The notes beneath the pieces are model-generated. The model worked only from the letters and a program-made list of their open reading frames with translations. It ran no database searches and was not told the DNA's origin. From positions 1-54,553 of the forward strand of contig JBEARJ010000003.1 in assembly GCA_041163285.1 (NCBI GenBank): a stretch of DNA of 54,553 nucleotides, in the 5' to 3' direction. The position numbers and the translations under genes are program-made. The stretch comes from Actinomycetota bacterium (lineage in GTDB: Bacteria > Actinomycetota > Actinomycetes > Nanopelagicales > Nanopelagicaceae). Below are positions 19,113 through 30,294 of this stretch, one piece after another (positions within the stretch are counted from its first letter, which is position 1; each line of letters begins with the position of its first letter).

Positions 19113-19796
19113 CTAATGCAAAGATTCAAAAATGGTGCGCGCCGCATCCCCAGGATTTGCAGCGCCGGTAATTGGTCGACCGATTACTAATAAGTCAGCA
19201 CCTGCCGTGATCGCTTCGGTCGGAGTCATCACACGTTTCTGATCGTCGTTTGTAGGAGCTGTTCTTATTCCGGGGGTTATCAACGTGATTCCCGCGGACA
19301 GAGTCTTACGAAGTGTTGCGACCTCGTGTGGTGATGCCACTATGGCGCGCGATCCTGCGGCGACAGCAGTTGAAGCCCAACTCGATACAAGTCCCGCAAC
19401 ATCATTCGGTAACGTCAAGATCTCAAGGGCCTTTTGGTCAATTGAAGTAAGGAGCGTTACCGCCGTGATTCGAGTACCAGGCAGAGCCTCGACAGCGGCT
19501 TTGATCATTTCTGGGCCACCAGAAGCATGAACTGTTAGGAATTCAATACCGATTTCGGCTAGATTCGAACTGGACTTTCCAACTGTATTTGGAATGTCGT
19601 GCATTTTTAGATCCAAAAAGATTTTAATCTCGGGAAATGTTCTGCGGATTGCGAGAACTCCTGTTGGGCCATTCGCTGTGAAAAACTCCAAGCCAAGTTT
19701 GTATACCCCAACAAATTCACTCGTGGCATCAATTAATGACTCGCAGTGATCTACTTTCGCAGAATCTAAAGCCAGGACTATGGGCGACTTATACAT
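19113..19796 (-). CDS. pyrF: orotidine 5'-phosphate decarboxylase (short type-1 form)
   Basis: VLALD and DLKMHDIPNTV motifs. ATG 19796 has a GGAG 6 nt upstream; the ORF-track start 19814 is also possible. Confidence 0.85.
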   Translation of the reverse strand: MYKSPIVLALDSAKVDHCESLIDATSEFVGVYKLGLEFFTANGPTGVLAIRRTFPEIKIFLDLKMHDIPNTVGKSSSNLAEIGIEFLTVHASGGPEMIKAAVEALPGTRITAVTLLTSIDQKALEILTLPNDVAGLVSSWASTAVAAGSRAIVASPHEVATLRKTLSAGITLITPGIRTAPTNDDQKRVMTPTEAITAGADLLVIGRPITGAANPGDAARTIFESLH

Positions 19797-20724
19797 GCGC
19801 TGCTCCAACTGCATCTTTCAATGTTTTGAAGCCTTTAGCTTTGAGGAGGGCTAGGAGTTCCTCTTTAATTTTGGTTACCGCAGTTGGGTTGCCGAAGGTT
19901 GCCGTACCAACCGATATTCCTGATGCGCCAGCGAATATCATCTCTAACGCATCCTTACCACTTGCAACGCCCCCCATTCCAAGTATTGGTGTATTCGGCA
20001 GTGCAGAATGAACTTGATAAATAGCGCGAACTGCAATCGGGCGGATAGCTGGCCCCGATAATCCTCCAGTGATTCCGGCCAACTTTGGGCGGATAGCATC
20101 GATATCAATCACCATACCCAAAACAGTATTAATTAGCGCTAGACCATCAGCGCCTGCAGCAACCACTTCTCGAGCAATCGAAACGATATCAGTTACATCA
20201 GGTGATAACTTCGCGATGATTGGATAATCGCCACCAATGTTTCTTCGAACTGCTTCAAGAACAGCTCTAGATGCGACTGGATCGCAAGCGAATACCAAGC
20301 CACGATTTTCAACATTTGGGCAGGAAATATTGACTTCGATCCCATAAAGAGAATTAACACCTCGGAGCTTACGCGCTAGCGTCGCATACTCTTCAACAGT
20401 TTCTCCCGATATAGAAACAACGACTCGAGCGCCCTTACTTTGAAGCCACGGGATATCCACGGCGAGAAAGTCATCAATCCCTGGGCCTTGTAGACCTATC
20501 GAATTGAGCATGCCGGAGGGCGTTTCCGCCATACGTGGGGTAGCTCGTCCGCTTCTAGGACGCACCGAAATTGATTTCGTTACTACAGCGCCCAATTCAT
20601 TCAAATCAAAGAACTGTGAAAGTTCCTTTCCCGATCCCGCACAACCACTAGCAGTAAATACTGGTGCCGGAAAGTATCTATTTCCAAATTTAGTTCTGAA
20701 ATCAAAGGCTTGAAACTCGCTCAT
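19789..20724 (-). CDS. pyrD: dihydroorotate dehydrogenase, class 1B catalytic subunit
   Basis: 311-aa cytosolic class-1 sequence (NISCPNV, GGLSGPAIRPIA) immediately downstream of pyrK. Confidence 0.9.
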   Translation of the reverse strand: MSEFQAFDFRTKFGNRYFPAPVFTASGCAGSGKELSQFFDLNELGAVVTKSISVRPRSGRATPRMAETPSGMLNSIGLQGPGIDDFLAVDIPWLQSKGARVVVSISGETVEEYATLARKLRGVNSLYGIEVNISCPNVENRGLVFACDPVASRAVLEAVRRNIGGDYPIIAKLSPDVTDIVSIAREVVAAGADGLALINTVLGMVIDIDAIRPKLAGITGGLSGPAIRPIAVRAIYQVHSALPNTPILGMGGVASGKDALEMIFAGASGISVGTATFGNPTAVTKIKEELLALLKAKGFKTLKDAVGAAHV

Positions 20725-21590
20725 TGATTAAAACCTAGCGTTCCCTGTGGGATGGATCTTGAATTTCCCCAAATTACTTTACTTCCGTCAACTACCGGAC
20801 CTTCGATACATGTGCGTTGCATTCTTATTACACCAGCGTCATCGCGGAGCGGAATCACACAAGTCATACAGACTCCTATTCCACATGCCATGGACTCTTC
20901 AACGGCACACTGATGCATAATCCCTGCACCCTGAGCTATCGCATCGACAGCCTCTAACATAGCCATCGGACCGCAGGAGTAAATGATGTCCACGGAATTC
21001 TTTTGAATTAAACCTGGCATGACATCTGTGACTCGACCTGTTATTCCAGCGCTTCCATCTTCGGTAGTCAAAGTCATGGTATTCACTGAGCGTTTTCCTT
21101 CCAAAGGTGCGTAGATCTTGTTTGCTGTCGACGCCCCTAAAACTATGTCGACGCGACAGCCTCGTTGCTTCAGCACTTCAGCCAGGCCAAATAACGGCGC
21201 TGACCCATATCCTCCACCTACCAAAAGTGCATTCACCTGATCGGTTGGAATGCCGAACGCGGTGCCCAGCGGTCCAACCATGTCGACGCGTTCGTGAATA
21301 GCGCGTTCACTAAGCCATTTACTTCCAGAACCATGCGCCGCAACCACTAATTCAATCGTTCCACCATAATTGCCACGATCGCTAGCTCGGTAAATTGCAA
21401 ACGCTCTGCGAAGCACCATTGCTGAATTGGGGCCTCCGACAGAAATCGCGACGAAATTTCCTGGTTTTGCTGACAGCGCCATTTCTCCCACTGAAAAAAC
21501 CATGTGGTGATATGAGCCAACCTTCTTATTCGAAAGCACTTCAACGCTTTTCTGGACCGCTCGGGGATTGATTTTCATCAAGCTGTCCAA
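20721..21590 (-). CDS. pyrK: dihydroorotate dehydrogenase electron-transfer subunit (FAD / 2Fe-2S)
   Basis: Ferredoxin-reductase fold with the C-terminal Cys cluster [18 protein letters not shown]. An alternative start is ATG 21578 (TGATG coupling with carB). Confidence 0.85.
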   Translation of the reverse strand: MDSLMKINPRAVQKSVEVLSNKKVGSYHHMVFSVGEMALSAKPGNFVAISVGGPNSAMVLRRAFAIYRASDRGNYGGTIELVVAAHGSGSKWLSERAIHERVDMVGPLGTAFGIPTDQVNALLVGGGYGSAPLFGLAEVLKQRGCRVDIVLGASTANKIYAPLEGKRSVNTMTLTTEDGSAGITGRVTDVMPGLIQKNSVDIIYSCGPMAMLEAVDAIAQGAGIMHQCAVEESMACGIGVCMTCVIPLRDDAGVIRMQRTCIEGPVVDGSKVIWGNSRSIPQGTLGFNQ

Positions 21591-24500
21591 TCCTGAAGGG
21601 ATTTAGTAGATACTCCCCCTTTTTGGAGAGCTCGGATGCCTGACACCGCTGCCTTAAAACCTGGAATCGTAGTAATGCATGGAACTCCTCGAGCAATCGC
21701 GGCGCTTCGAATGAACCATCCATCCTTCTTTGAGTCACGACCGAATGGAGTGTTAATAACTAGATGGATTTCGCCATTCTCAATTAGATCAACCACAGAT
21801 TGGTCACTTCTCTCGTTCTTCTCCGAGTGCTTAGCAACTACCTGGGTCTTAATCCCTTCATTTGCAAGTGCGGCACTAGTGCCAGCCGTTGCACATAATT
21901 CAAATCCAAGTTCATCAAGTGCGCGGGCCGAATCAATTGCAGAGAACTTATCTTTATCTGCTATCGAAACAAAGACCTTACCTTTTATTGGTAATGGGCC
22001 AAAGGCCGCAATCTGCGATTTAGCAAATGCGCTGCCAAAATCAGCCGCAATCCCCATTACCTCTCCGGTAGATTTCATTTCCGGGCCTAGAGTCGAATCC
22101 ACATTCTTTCCATCGATCCGGCGAAACCGATTCCACGGCAGGACAGCTTCTTTCACCGCAATCCCCTTACTGACACCTATCTTCGTTTTGGGGATGACTC
22201 CCGATGCTCTCAACTCCTTTATTGTTCTGCCCGATGCAATAAGGGCAGCCGCTTTTGCTACTGGGACGCCGGTAGCTTTACTTACATAAGGAACTGTTCT
22301 AGATGCCCGAGGATTTGCTTCGATTACGAAAAGTTCACTTGAACTTATCGCATACTGAACATTTATTAGACCGATTACGCCTATTTCGCGCGCCAACTTT
22401 TCAGTCGTATTCAAGATCTCGTCAATCATTTCCGGTGAAATGGATTGGGGTGGAGTTACGCAAGCCGAGTCCCCTGAATGGACCCCAGCTTCTTCTATAT
22501 GCTCCATGATGCCAGCAAGATAGATGTCCGTTGAGTCGTAGAGCGCATCTACATCGATTTCTATCGCATTATCCAAGAAGGAATCGATCAAGACTGGATG
22601 CTCAGGATTAATCTCAGTAGCTTTTTTAATAAAACTGCGTAACGAATCCTCATCGTAGACAATCTCCATTCCGCGACCACCCAGAACAAAAGATGGGCGA
22701 ACAAGAACTGGGTAACCGATTTCACTGGCAACGCCTTGTGCATCTTCGAAGGAAAAGGCGGTTCCAAAGGCGGGCGCCTTGAGTCCGGTTTCAGTGAGAA
22801 TCTTGCCGAAGGCGCCCCGATCCTCTGCCTTATGTATCGCATCAACCGATGTACCTAAAATCGGAACGCCTTCTTGCGCCAACTTCTTTGCCAGGCCGAG
22901 TGGAGTCTGTCCGCCCAGTTGAGTTATGACCCCAATAACCGGACCTGCAGCAAGTTCAGCATGATAAACCTCGAGCACATCTTCCAGAGTTAGTGGTTCA
23001 AAATAAAGTCGATCTGAAGTATCGTAATCAGTTGACACTGTCTCCGGATTGCAATTGATCATAATTGTTTCATATCCCGCCTGACTCAAAGCAAAACATG
23101 CGTGCACGCAGGAATAATCAAATTCGATTCCTTGCCCGATCCGATTAGGTCCACTACCCAAGATAATGATTGCTGGCTTTGTTCTCGGCTTTACCTCAGT
23201 AGTGAGATCGTAAGTTGAATAGTGATAAGGGGTAAATGCTTCGAATTCTCCAGCGCAAGTATCTACTGTCTTGTAAACCGGCCTAATCGAATTTCGCCAT
23301 CTAATGGTTCTGACATCCTCTTCCTTCATGCCACGAAGAGCGGCAATCTGACTATCAGAGAATCCCAAACGTTTCGCACTTTTTAGCAGATGGCTAGTCA
23401 ATTCGGCCGACTCTTTTAATCGGCTAGCTTCTTGATTGATGAGATGAATCTGCGACAAGAACCAAGGATCTATCCCCGTAGCTTTATTCACCGCCTCTAT
23501 TGATAGGCCTAAAGCTAAGCCTTGTTGTACCTCTTTTAACCTAAATTCAGTTGGAATCTGCATACTTGCAAGCAGAGCTTCAACCGAACGAGAGATTTCC
23601 CAAGAGAATTCTGAGCCCTTTTTCTCCAAGGATCGAAGCGCTTTTTGGAGCGCTTCCGGAAACGACCTACCCATGGCCATCGCCTCCCCAACGCTCTTCA
23701 TAGTTGTAGTCAATCGTGGATCAGCCTCTGGAAACTTTTCAAAGGCGAATCGTGGAATTTTGACAACGATGTAATCGAGCGTTGGTTCAAACGAAGCTGG
23801 AGTCTTTTTTGTTATGTCGTTAGGAATTTCATCCAATGAATAACCAATCGCCAGTTTGGTCGCAATTTTCGCAATGGGAAAACCGGTCGCTTTTGATGCT
23901 AAAGCGCTGCTCCGAGAGACTCGCGGATTCATTTCAATTACTACGACTCGACCATTTTCAGGATTCACTGCGAATTGAATGTTGCATCCGCCGGTGGCTA
24001 CACCCACCTCTCTGATAATTGAGATCGCTAAATCTCTCAATCTCTGGAACTCGACGTCAGTGAGGGTCAATGCGGGTGCTACTGTGATCGAGTCACCAGT
24101 GTGTACTCCCATTGGGTCGACATTTTCGATACTGCAGACAATAACGACATTATCTTTGTGGTCCCTCATTACCTCTAGTTCATACTCTTTCCAGCCGATG
24201 ATGGACTCTTCCAACAGGACCTCAGTGACTGGACTGTATTGCAGTCCTGCTCCTGCGATCAGGCGAAGTTCACTCTCGTTGAAAGCAATTCCACTTCCCA
24301 ACCCACCCATTGTGAAAGATGGCCTCACAACAACCGGATAATTCAATTTCGATGCGGCCGCTAGACAGTCCTCGATCGTGTGACAGATGACCGAACGTGC
24401 AGATTCGCCACCTACTTTTTCAACAATACTTCTAAACTCTTCACGATTCTCGCCCCGTTTTATGGCGGGAATATCCGCTCCGATCAATCGAACGGAATAC

Positions 24501-24829
24501 TTCGCCAAAATTCCCAATTCATCTAATTTCATCGCAGCGTTTAAAGCCGTTTGTCCCCCGAGCGTTGCAAGAATTGCATCCGGTCGTTCTCTCGCAATGA
24601 TTGATTCTAGGTAATCTGGGGTAATTGGCTCTACATAGGTAGCGTCAGCGAACTCGGGATCTGTCATGATCGTCGCGGGATTACTATTCACCAAAATCAC
24701 TCGAACGCCTTCTTCTTTCAAAACCCGGCAAGCTTGAGTTCCCGAATAGTCGAACTCACATGCCTGGCCAATCACAATCGGCCCGCTTCCGATAACTAAT
24801 ACGCTACGAATTGAATTATCTTTTGGCAT
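21578..24829 (-). CDS. carB: carbamoyl-phosphate synthase large subunit
   Basis: 1083 aa with duplicated ATP-grasp halves and a C-terminal MGS-like domain. Confidence 0.95.
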   Translation of the reverse strand: MPKDNSIRSVLVIGSGPIVIGQACEFDYSGTQACRVLKEEGVRVILVNSNPATIMTDPEFADATYVEPITPDYLESIIARERPDAILATLGGQTALNAAMKLDELGILAKYSVRLIGADIPAIKRGENREEFRSIVEKVGGESARSVICHTIEDCLAAASKLNYPVVVRPSFTMGGLGSGIAFNESELRLIAGAGLQYSPVTEVLLEESIIGWKEYELEVMRDHKDNVVIVCSIENVDPMGVHTGDSITVAPALTLTDVEFQRLRDLAISIIREVGVATGGCNIQFAVNPENGRVVVIEMNPRVSRSSALASKATGFPIAKIATKLAIGYSLDEIPNDITKKTPASFEPTLDYIVVKIPRFAFEKFPEADPRLTTTMKSVGEAMAMGRSFPEALQKALRSLEKKGSEFSWEISRSVEALLASMQIPTEFRLKEVQQGLALGLSIEAVNKATGIDPWFLSQIHLINQEASRLKESAELTSHLLKSAKRLGFSDSQIAALRGMKEEDVRTIRWRNSIRPVYKTVDTCAGEFEAFTPYHYSTYDLTTEVKPRTKPAIIILGSGPNRIGQGIEFDYSCVHACFALSQAGYETIMINCNPETVSTDYDTSDRLYFEPLTLEDVLEVYHAELAAGPVIGVITQLGGQTPLGLAKKLAQEGVPILGTSVDAIHKAEDRGAFGKILTETGLKAPAFGTAFSFEDAQGVASEIGYPVLVRPSFVLGGRGMEIVYDEDSLRSFIKKATEINPEHPVLIDSFLDNAIEIDVDALYDSTDIYLAGIMEHIEEAGVHSGDSACVTPPQSISPEMIDEILNTTEKLAREIGVIGLINVQYAISSSELFVIEANPRASRTVPYVSKATGVPVAKAAALIASGRTIKELRASGVIPKTKIGVSKGIAVKEAVLPWNRFRRIDGKNVDSTLGPEMKSTGEVMGIAADFGSAFAKSQIAAFGPLPIKGKVFVSIADKDKFSAIDSARALDELGFELCATAGTSAALANEGIKTQVVAKHSEKNERSDQSVVDLIENGEIHLVINTPFGRDSKKDGWFIRSAAIARGVPCITTIPGFKAAVSGIRALQKGGVSTKSLQDWTA

Positions 24830-25943
24830 ACACGCCTAACATCTCAACAAATTCGTCGAAAAGATAATTTGCATCATGAGGACCGCCAGCCGCCTCGGGA
24901 TGATACTGGACCGAAAATGCGGGACTATTGAACAATTTCAAACCTTCGACAACTCCATCATTTAGGGAAATATGCGTCACCGTTCCTGGACCATAAACCG
25001 TTGAAAATTCACTTTCTGTTGGAGCCTCCACCGCAAAACCATGATTATGAGCTGTAATTTCGACCCGATCTTTTATTCGATTCAATACCGGCTGATTGAT
25101 GCCTCTATGCCCAAAACGCAATTTATAAGTATCGAAGCCGAGCGCGCGACCTAGAATTTGATGCCCGAAACAGATTCCAAAAAGTGGAATTTCCTCATCA
25201 AGAATTCCCCTGACCGTAGCAACTACTTCATTCATGGCTGAAGGATCTCCTGGCCCGTTGGAGAGAAATACACCGTCATACTTACCGTTCTTAATCTCAT
25301 CAAAGCTAGTTGTAACTGGCAACAAGTCTGTCTCAACTCCCCGAAGCGCGAAGTTCCTCGGCGTTGCCGCCTTGATTCCAAGATCTAAAGCTGCGATCCT
25401 GAATTTACGTTCACCTAGAGCCGGTATTCGCTCTTTCATAGGAATGGATACTGAATCTGCAAGATAGGAACCGACCATCTGAGCGGTATTTCTAACTTTT
25501 ACTACCATTTCTTCTCGCGAGAGATTTGCATCGGTAAAGATACCTACTCGCATGGCGCCACGCTCTCGGATGTGAAGAGTTATTGCTCTTGTGTCGACTC
25601 CTGATAATCCGATTACTCCATATTGCTTCATTTCAGCTTCCAGAGTGTTGGTAGACCGCCAATTCGAAACCATCGGAGAGGGATCTCGCACCACGAAACC
25701 ACTCACCCAGATTCTCCGTGATTCCTCATCTTCTCGGTTCATTCCAGTATTACCAATATGAGGAGCAGTCATGACAACTACTTGATTGAAATATGAAGGA
25801 TCGGTGAGGGTTTCTTGATAGCCCGTCATGCCTGTTGTGAAAACAATTTCGCCGAAGGTCTCGCCTGTTACACCCCAAGCATCACCTTCAAATACCGTGC
25901 CATCATCAAGTACTAGGTATCCAGATGCCCTCGCCCCACTCAT
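24816..25943 (-). CDS. carA: carbamoyl-phosphate synthase small (glutaminase) subunit
   Basis: 375 aa with the GATase triad region GICFGHQ ... HPE. Confidence 0.95.
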   Translation of the reverse strand: MSGARASGYLVLDDGTVFEGDAWGVTGETFGEIVFTTGMTGYQETLTDPSYFNQVVVMTAPHIGNTGMNREDEESRRIWVSGFVVRDPSPMVSNWRSTNTLEAEMKQYGVIGLSGVDTRAITLHIRERGAMRVGIFTDANLSREEMVVKVRNTAQMVGSYLADSVSIPMKERIPALGERKFRIAALDLGIKAATPRNFALRGVETDLLPVTTSFDEIKNGKYDGVFLSNGPGDPSAMNEVVATVRGILDEEIPLFGICFGHQILGRALGFDTYKLRFGHRGINQPVLNRIKDRVEITAHNHGFAVEAPTESEFSTVYGPGTVTHISLNDGVVEGLKLFNSPAFSVQYHPEAAGGPHDANYLFDEFVEMLGVYAKR

Positions 25944-27196
25944 GCCGAAAACACCTCCTTACCCCGCAAGAAAGTTCGCATTACCTTTACCGGAAGTTCC
26001 ATGCCCAGATAGGGTGAATTCTTACTCTTAGAACGGATTGCAGAAGCTTCGACTCGCCATTTCGATCGCAGGTCCACGAGTGTGAAATTCGCTTCACTCC
26101 CAATATCAAGTGATCCATGCTCAGAATAGCCCGCAATCTCAGCGGGGGCGGTGGACATTCGTTTTATCAAATCCGCAAATGTAATCAAAGAAGTTTCAAC
26201 GAGGGCTTTATATGTAACTGATAGAGCTGTCTCCAGGCCGATCATTCCGAATGCCGCGGCCGCCCACTCGCATTCTTTATCCTCCATCGGATGCGGGGCA
26301 TGATCTGTTGCAATTACATCAATAGTGCCATCTGCTACTCCTTCACGAAGAGCATGGACATCCCGATCAGTTCTTAACGGAGGATTGACTTTAAAGATCG
26401 GATCGTATGACCGGGCTAGTTCGTCGGTTAGGAGAAGATGATGTGGAGTTACTTCTGCAGTCACCCGAATCCCTCGTTGCTTTGCCCAGCGAATCAACTC
26501 GACTCCACCTGCTGTAGTGAGATGACAGATATGCAATCTACTTCCCACATGTTCATTTAGAAGCAGATCTCTAGCAATAATTGATTCTTCCGCGGCAGCG
26601 GGCCAACCTTTCAACCCAAGAATCGCTGAGACTTCTCCTTCATTCATTTGGGATCCTTGAGTCAATCTCGGATCTTGTGCATGCTGGGCGATGATGCCAT
26701 CGAAGGCCTTCACATACTCAAGCGCTCGACGCATCACTAATGAGTCCCAGACACAATTTCCATCGTCACTGAAGATTCTCACTTCTGCTTCGGACGAGTG
26801 CATTGCACCCATTTCCGAAAGGGCAATTCCCTGTTGTCCGACGGTAACCGCACCGATTGGAAAAACATCGCAGAATCCATGGGCTTTACCTAAGCGATAT
26901 ACCTGTTCCACGACTCCCGCTGTATCGGCTACCGGATTGGTGTTGGGCATCGCTGAGATTGCTGTGTAACCACCGGATGCCGCTGCGTAAGAACCAGAAA
27001 ATACGGTTTCCGCATCTTCTTTTCCAGGTTCTCTCAAGTGCGTATGTAAATCCACCAAACCGGGTATCACGGTTAAACCTTGACCATCAATTATTTCCTG
27101 ATTCGCTGTTGGAGAATCCTCACTTGAAAATCGTCCATCTTTAATCGCCAATTCCATGCTTTTCCCTGTGACGTCGACCAAGTTAATTATTCGCAT
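25940..27196 (-). CDS. pyrC: dihydroorotase
   Basis: DLHTHLREPG and ATDHAPH amidohydrolase motifs. Confidence 0.9.
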   Translation of the reverse strand: MRIINLVDVTGKSMELAIKDGRFSSEDSPTANQEIIDGQGLTVIPGLVDLHTHLREPGKEDAETVFSGSYAAASGGYTAISAMPNTNPVADTAGVVEQVYRLGKAHGFCDVFPIGAVTVGQQGIALSEMGAMHSSEAEVRIFSDDGNCVWDSLVMRRALEYVKAFDGIIAQHAQDPRLTQGSQMNEGEVSAILGLKGWPAAAEESIIARDLLLNEHVGSRLHICHLTTAGGVELIRWAKQRGIRVTAEVTPHHLLLTDELARSYDPIFKVNPPLRTDRDVHALREGVADGTIDVIATDHAPHPMEDKECEWAAAAFGMIGLETALSVTYKALVETSLITFADLIKRMSTAPAEIAGYSEHGSLDIGSEANFTLVDLRSKWRVEASAIRSKSKNSPYLGMELPVKVMRTFLRGKEVFSA

Positions 27197-27197
27197 T

Positions 27198-28127
27198 TCA
27201 TTCGCCCCCTAGTAAGAGGTATAACGTAGCCATTCTGATCGCAACACCATTTCTAACTTGATCCACTATGACCGCTTTATCACTATCAGCAGAATCTGCT
27301 GATATTTCTAATCCTCGATTCATAGGGCCCGGATGCATAACTATGCATTCTGCTGATAGCTGATTAAGCCTCGATAAATTCAGACCAAAATTCCGAGAAT
27401 ACTCACGTTCATTCGGGAAAAAAGCATCATCCATCCGCTCGCGCTGCACCCTAAGCATCATTACCGCATCAAAATTCGATAGGTCTCGTTCAAACTGATA
27501 CCGAACATTTACACCCCAGCTTTCTACTGAAACTGGAAGAAGTGTTGGAGGCGCAATCAGAGTTACTGATGCTCCCAGTTTCTGCAAGAGCAATACATTG
27601 CTACGTGCAACTCTCGAGTGAAGTACATCGCCGACAATTGCCACTCGTATATCCTGTAGATCTCCATTTGAATCTCTGAGGTGTTCGCGAATTGTGTAAG
27701 CATCTAATAGTGCTTGTGTTGGATGTTCATGGGTGCCATCCCCTGCGTTAATAATCGATCCGTTCATCCATTTTTGCGAGGCGAGTCGATGAGCTGCTCC
27801 TGAGGAAGGATGACGAATCACAACTCCATCAGCACCCATTGCTTGCAAAGTAAGAGCAGTATCTTTCAAACTTTCGCCTTTACTTAAAGACGATCCTTTT
27901 GCAGAGAAATTAATTACATCGGCCGACAATCGCTTTGCAGCAGCCTCAAAGGAAATTCTCGTCCGAGTTGAATCCTCGAAAAATAGATTGACAATGGTTC
28001 GGCCTCGAAGTGTCGGAAGTTTCTTGACGGGGGTTTCAGTAACGCGGGCGAGTTCAGCTGCGGTATCTAGGATGCGAAGCGCATCCTCCTTCGAAAGATC
28101 CGCAATTGAAAGTAGGTGACGGTTCAT
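27198..28127 (-). CDS. pyrB: aspartate carbamoyltransferase catalytic subunit
   Basis: STRTR, HPTQ and HPGPMNRG motifs. Confidence 0.95.
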   Translation of the reverse strand: MNRHLLSIADLSKEDALRILDTAAELARVTETPVKKLPTLRGRTIVNLFFEDSTRTRISFEAAAKRLSADVINFSAKGSSLSKGESLKDTALTLQAMGADGVVIRHPSSGAAHRLASQKWMNGSIINAGDGTHEHPTQALLDAYTIREHLRDSNGDLQDIRVAIVGDVLHSRVARSNVLLLQKLGASVTLIAPPTLLPVSVESWGVNVRYQFERDLSNFDAVMMLRVQRERMDDAFFPNEREYSRNFGLNLSRLNQLSAECIVMHPGPMNRGLEISADSADSDKAVIVDQVRNGVAIRMATLYLLLGGE

Positions 28128-28666
28128 GCTCGTCCCTCGATTCGCACTTCGTCAACGCCATCCGTCTCTGTTAGTAGAACTTTCACTCGTTCACTTCGAC
28201 TAGTTGGAATGTTCTTGCCAACGTAATCCGCGCGGATAGGCAACTCGCGATGACCACGATCTATTAGGACTGAGAGCTGCACAGTGCGGGGGCGTCCGTG
28301 TTCAGCTAAAGCATCCAGAGCAGCACGGATCGTCCGACCAGAGAAAAGAACGTCGTCCACAATTACAACATCGCGTTCATGAATCCCGGATAGAGGTAAC
28401 TCAGTTCGACCCAGCGAGCGAGGCGCCGATCCACGGAGATCATCACGGAACATGGTTGTGTCTAAAGTTCCCATAGCCACATTCGTGGCCTCTAAGGTTG
28501 AAAGCATCTGGGTTAACCGAGCGGCCAAATGGGATCCTCTAGTTGGAATCCCGACGATAACTAAATTCGAAGTTCCTTTATTGTGCTCAATAATTTCGTG
28601 AGCGATGCGCTTAAGAGATCGGGCTATCTCACCCTGATCCAAGACAACCGAAAAATCACTACTCAT
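28124..28666 (-). CDS. pyrR: bifunctional pyr operon regulator / uracil phosphoribosyltransferase PyrR
   Basis: 180 aa with PRPP loop [13 protein letters not shown]. It is the first gene of the pyr operon. Confidence 0.9.
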   Translation of the reverse strand: MSSDFSVVLDQGEIARSLKRIAHEIIEHNKGTSNLVIVGIPTRGSHLAARLTQMLSTLEATNVAMGTLDTTMFRDDLRGSAPRSLGRTELPLSGIHERDVVIVDDVLFSGRTIRAALDALAEHGRPRTVQLSVLIDRGHRELPIRADYVGKNIPTSRSERVKVLLTETDGVDEVRIEGRA

Positions 28667-28673
28667 ACCACAT

Positions 28674-28706
28674 CCTTTTCCGCCTCTCTGGACGGTCTTT
28701 TAAAGG
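28674..28706 (-). promoter_or_regulatory. PyrR-binding RNA hairpin in the pyrR leader, overlapping the Shine-Dalgarno sequence
   Basis: The mRNA sense reads CCUUUAAAAGACCGUCCAGAGAGGCGGAAAAGG. GUCCAGAGAGGC matches the PyrR box RUCCAGAGAGGY, and the lower stem CCUUU/AAAGG pairs the SD (AAGGA, 6 nt before the ATG). Confidence 0.6.
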
Positions 28707-28830
28707 TGTCGGAATACTACATCAACGGGCACCCTGTGCATATTCGCAAACTAGATTTCTTCCTTCGCCTAATCTCGGCCCAGGCACAGTATTGCAATTC
28801 GCTTCAAATGCAGAGGGACGGTACTTCTAG

Positions 28831-29301
28831 ATGAACGCTAAATACCAACGAGCTCTGGCCCGATTACGAGCTCTCCGCCTCACCGCGGGTTTAACGCTAA
28901 AGCAAGTTGAAATTAAAAGTCGTGGTGATTGGAAATCCGCTGTCGTAGGTTCATATGAACGGGGTACTAGACACTTGAGCCTGCTACGAGCAATCGAACT
29001 CTGTGAATTTTACGGTGGAGATTTAGGTGATCTAGGGGGTCATACCAATGAAAGCAAAGTCGGGCACTTGACCTTTGATTTGAGACGTCTAGCAGTTGCA
29101 AGATTAAACCCGGACGAGTTATCCAAAACTCTCTTCAGATTTCTCACAAGCATCACAAGCAAGCGTGGCGACTATAACGGAGAAATTCTCAGCCTTCGAC
29201 AAGGGGACTTGGAAACTCTTCAACTTCTTACGGAATTGAAGGAAAGTGAACTCATTGCTGCATTTAGAAGGCGCGATTTCCTTCTAGCGTCAAAAGACTA
29301 A
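28831..29301 (+). CDS. bldD: BldD-like XRE-family developmental/c-di-GMP-responsive transcription regulator
   Basis: N-terminal HTH with WKSAVVGSYERGTR, C-terminal KRGDYNGEILSLRQGD, and the conserved position between pyrR and nusB. Confidence 0.85.
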   Translation: MNAKYQRALARLRALRLTAGLTLKQVEIKSRGDWKSAVVGSYERGTRHLSLLRAIELCEFYGGDLGDLGGHTNESKVGHLTFDLRRLAVARLNPDELSKTLFRFLTSITSKRGDYNGEILSLRQGDLETLQLLTELKESELIAAFRRRDFLLASKD

Positions 29302-29708
29302 AGTGCCAGCTCGGTCTTTATTTCTCTGATTGCTGAGAGCACGCCATTTATATAGCTAGCGGAATCATCTGTAGAGAGGGTGGTGGCGAGCTCAACAGCC
29401 TCAGCAATCGCCACTTCCTCAGGTAGGTCAACCCCCCAAAGGAGTTCGTATGCTCCGACTCGAAGAATATTTCGGTCAACAGCCGGCATGCGATCAAGGT
29501 CCCAGTCTTTGGCCCTCATAGCAATTATCTCGTCTATTCGATTTCGTTTCTCTTCTACGCCTTGCACCAATATTTCTGTGTATTCCCGAATGAGAAATTC
29601 CAACTCGTTCTTTCGTAAAATGAGGATTTCAGCCGCGGACTTACCTCGTATATCCCCTTCATAAAGGAGATCCAGTGCTGCTTTTCTGGCCTTTGAGCGA
29701 GCACTCAC
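29298..29708 (-). CDS. nusB: transcription antitermination factor NusB
   Basis: 136 aa. ARKAALDLLYE... and an all-helical NusB pattern, downstream of efp. Confidence 0.9.
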   Translation of the reverse strand: MSARSKARKAALDLLYEGDIRGKSAAEILILRKNELEFLIREYTEILVQGVEEKRNRIDEIIAMRAKDWDLDRMPAVDRNILRVGAYELLWGVDLPEEVAIAEAVELATTLSTDDSASYINGVLSAIREIKTELAL

Positions 29709-30269
29709 TTAATTGGCTCGACCTAGATAATCGCCAGATCTGGTATCAATAAGAATCATCTCGTCTTGCTTAATGAAAAGCGGCACTTGAACCGTAATAC
29801 CGGTCTCAACGGTCGCAGGTTTCGAGCCGGCTGACGATCTGTCACCTTGTAAACCTGGTTCAGTGTAGGTGACCTTCAATGCAACCGAGGGAGGTAATTC
29901 AATGTAAAGCGGATTGCTTTCGTGGATCGCAACAATTACCTCCATATTTTCTAAGAGGTAATTTGAAGCATCGGAAACTGTTTCCTCTGGGATGGTCACT
30001 TGATCATAGGTTGTTGAATCCATAAACACATAACCCGCGTTATCTTTGTATAGGAACTGCATCTCTCGCTTTTCTAGAATTGCAACCTCGACCTTTACTC
30101 CAGCATTAAATGTCTTTTCCACTACTTTCCCTGAGAGCACGTTCTTCAATTTGGTTCTAACGAAAGCCGGACCCTTTCCAGGCTTCACATGCTGAAACTC
30201 GACTACATTCCAAAGCTGACCTTCTATGTCCAGGGTCATGCCATTCTTAAGATCATTTGTGGTTGCCAT
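29709..30269 (-). CDS. efp: elongation factor P
   Basis: 186 aa. [17 protein letters not shown]. Confidence 0.95.
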   Translation of the reverse strand: MATTNDLKNGMTLDIEGQLWNVVEFQHVKPGKGPAFVRTKLKNVLSGKVVEKTFNAGVKVEVAILEKREMQFLYKDNAGYVFMDSTTYDQVTIPEETVSDASNYLLENMEVIVAIHESNPLYIELPPSVALKVTYTEPGLQGDRSSAGSKPATVETGITVQVPLFIKQDEMILIDTRSGDYLGRAN

Positions 30270-30294
30270 GCGGCGGAGCGTACCTGCAGTATCC

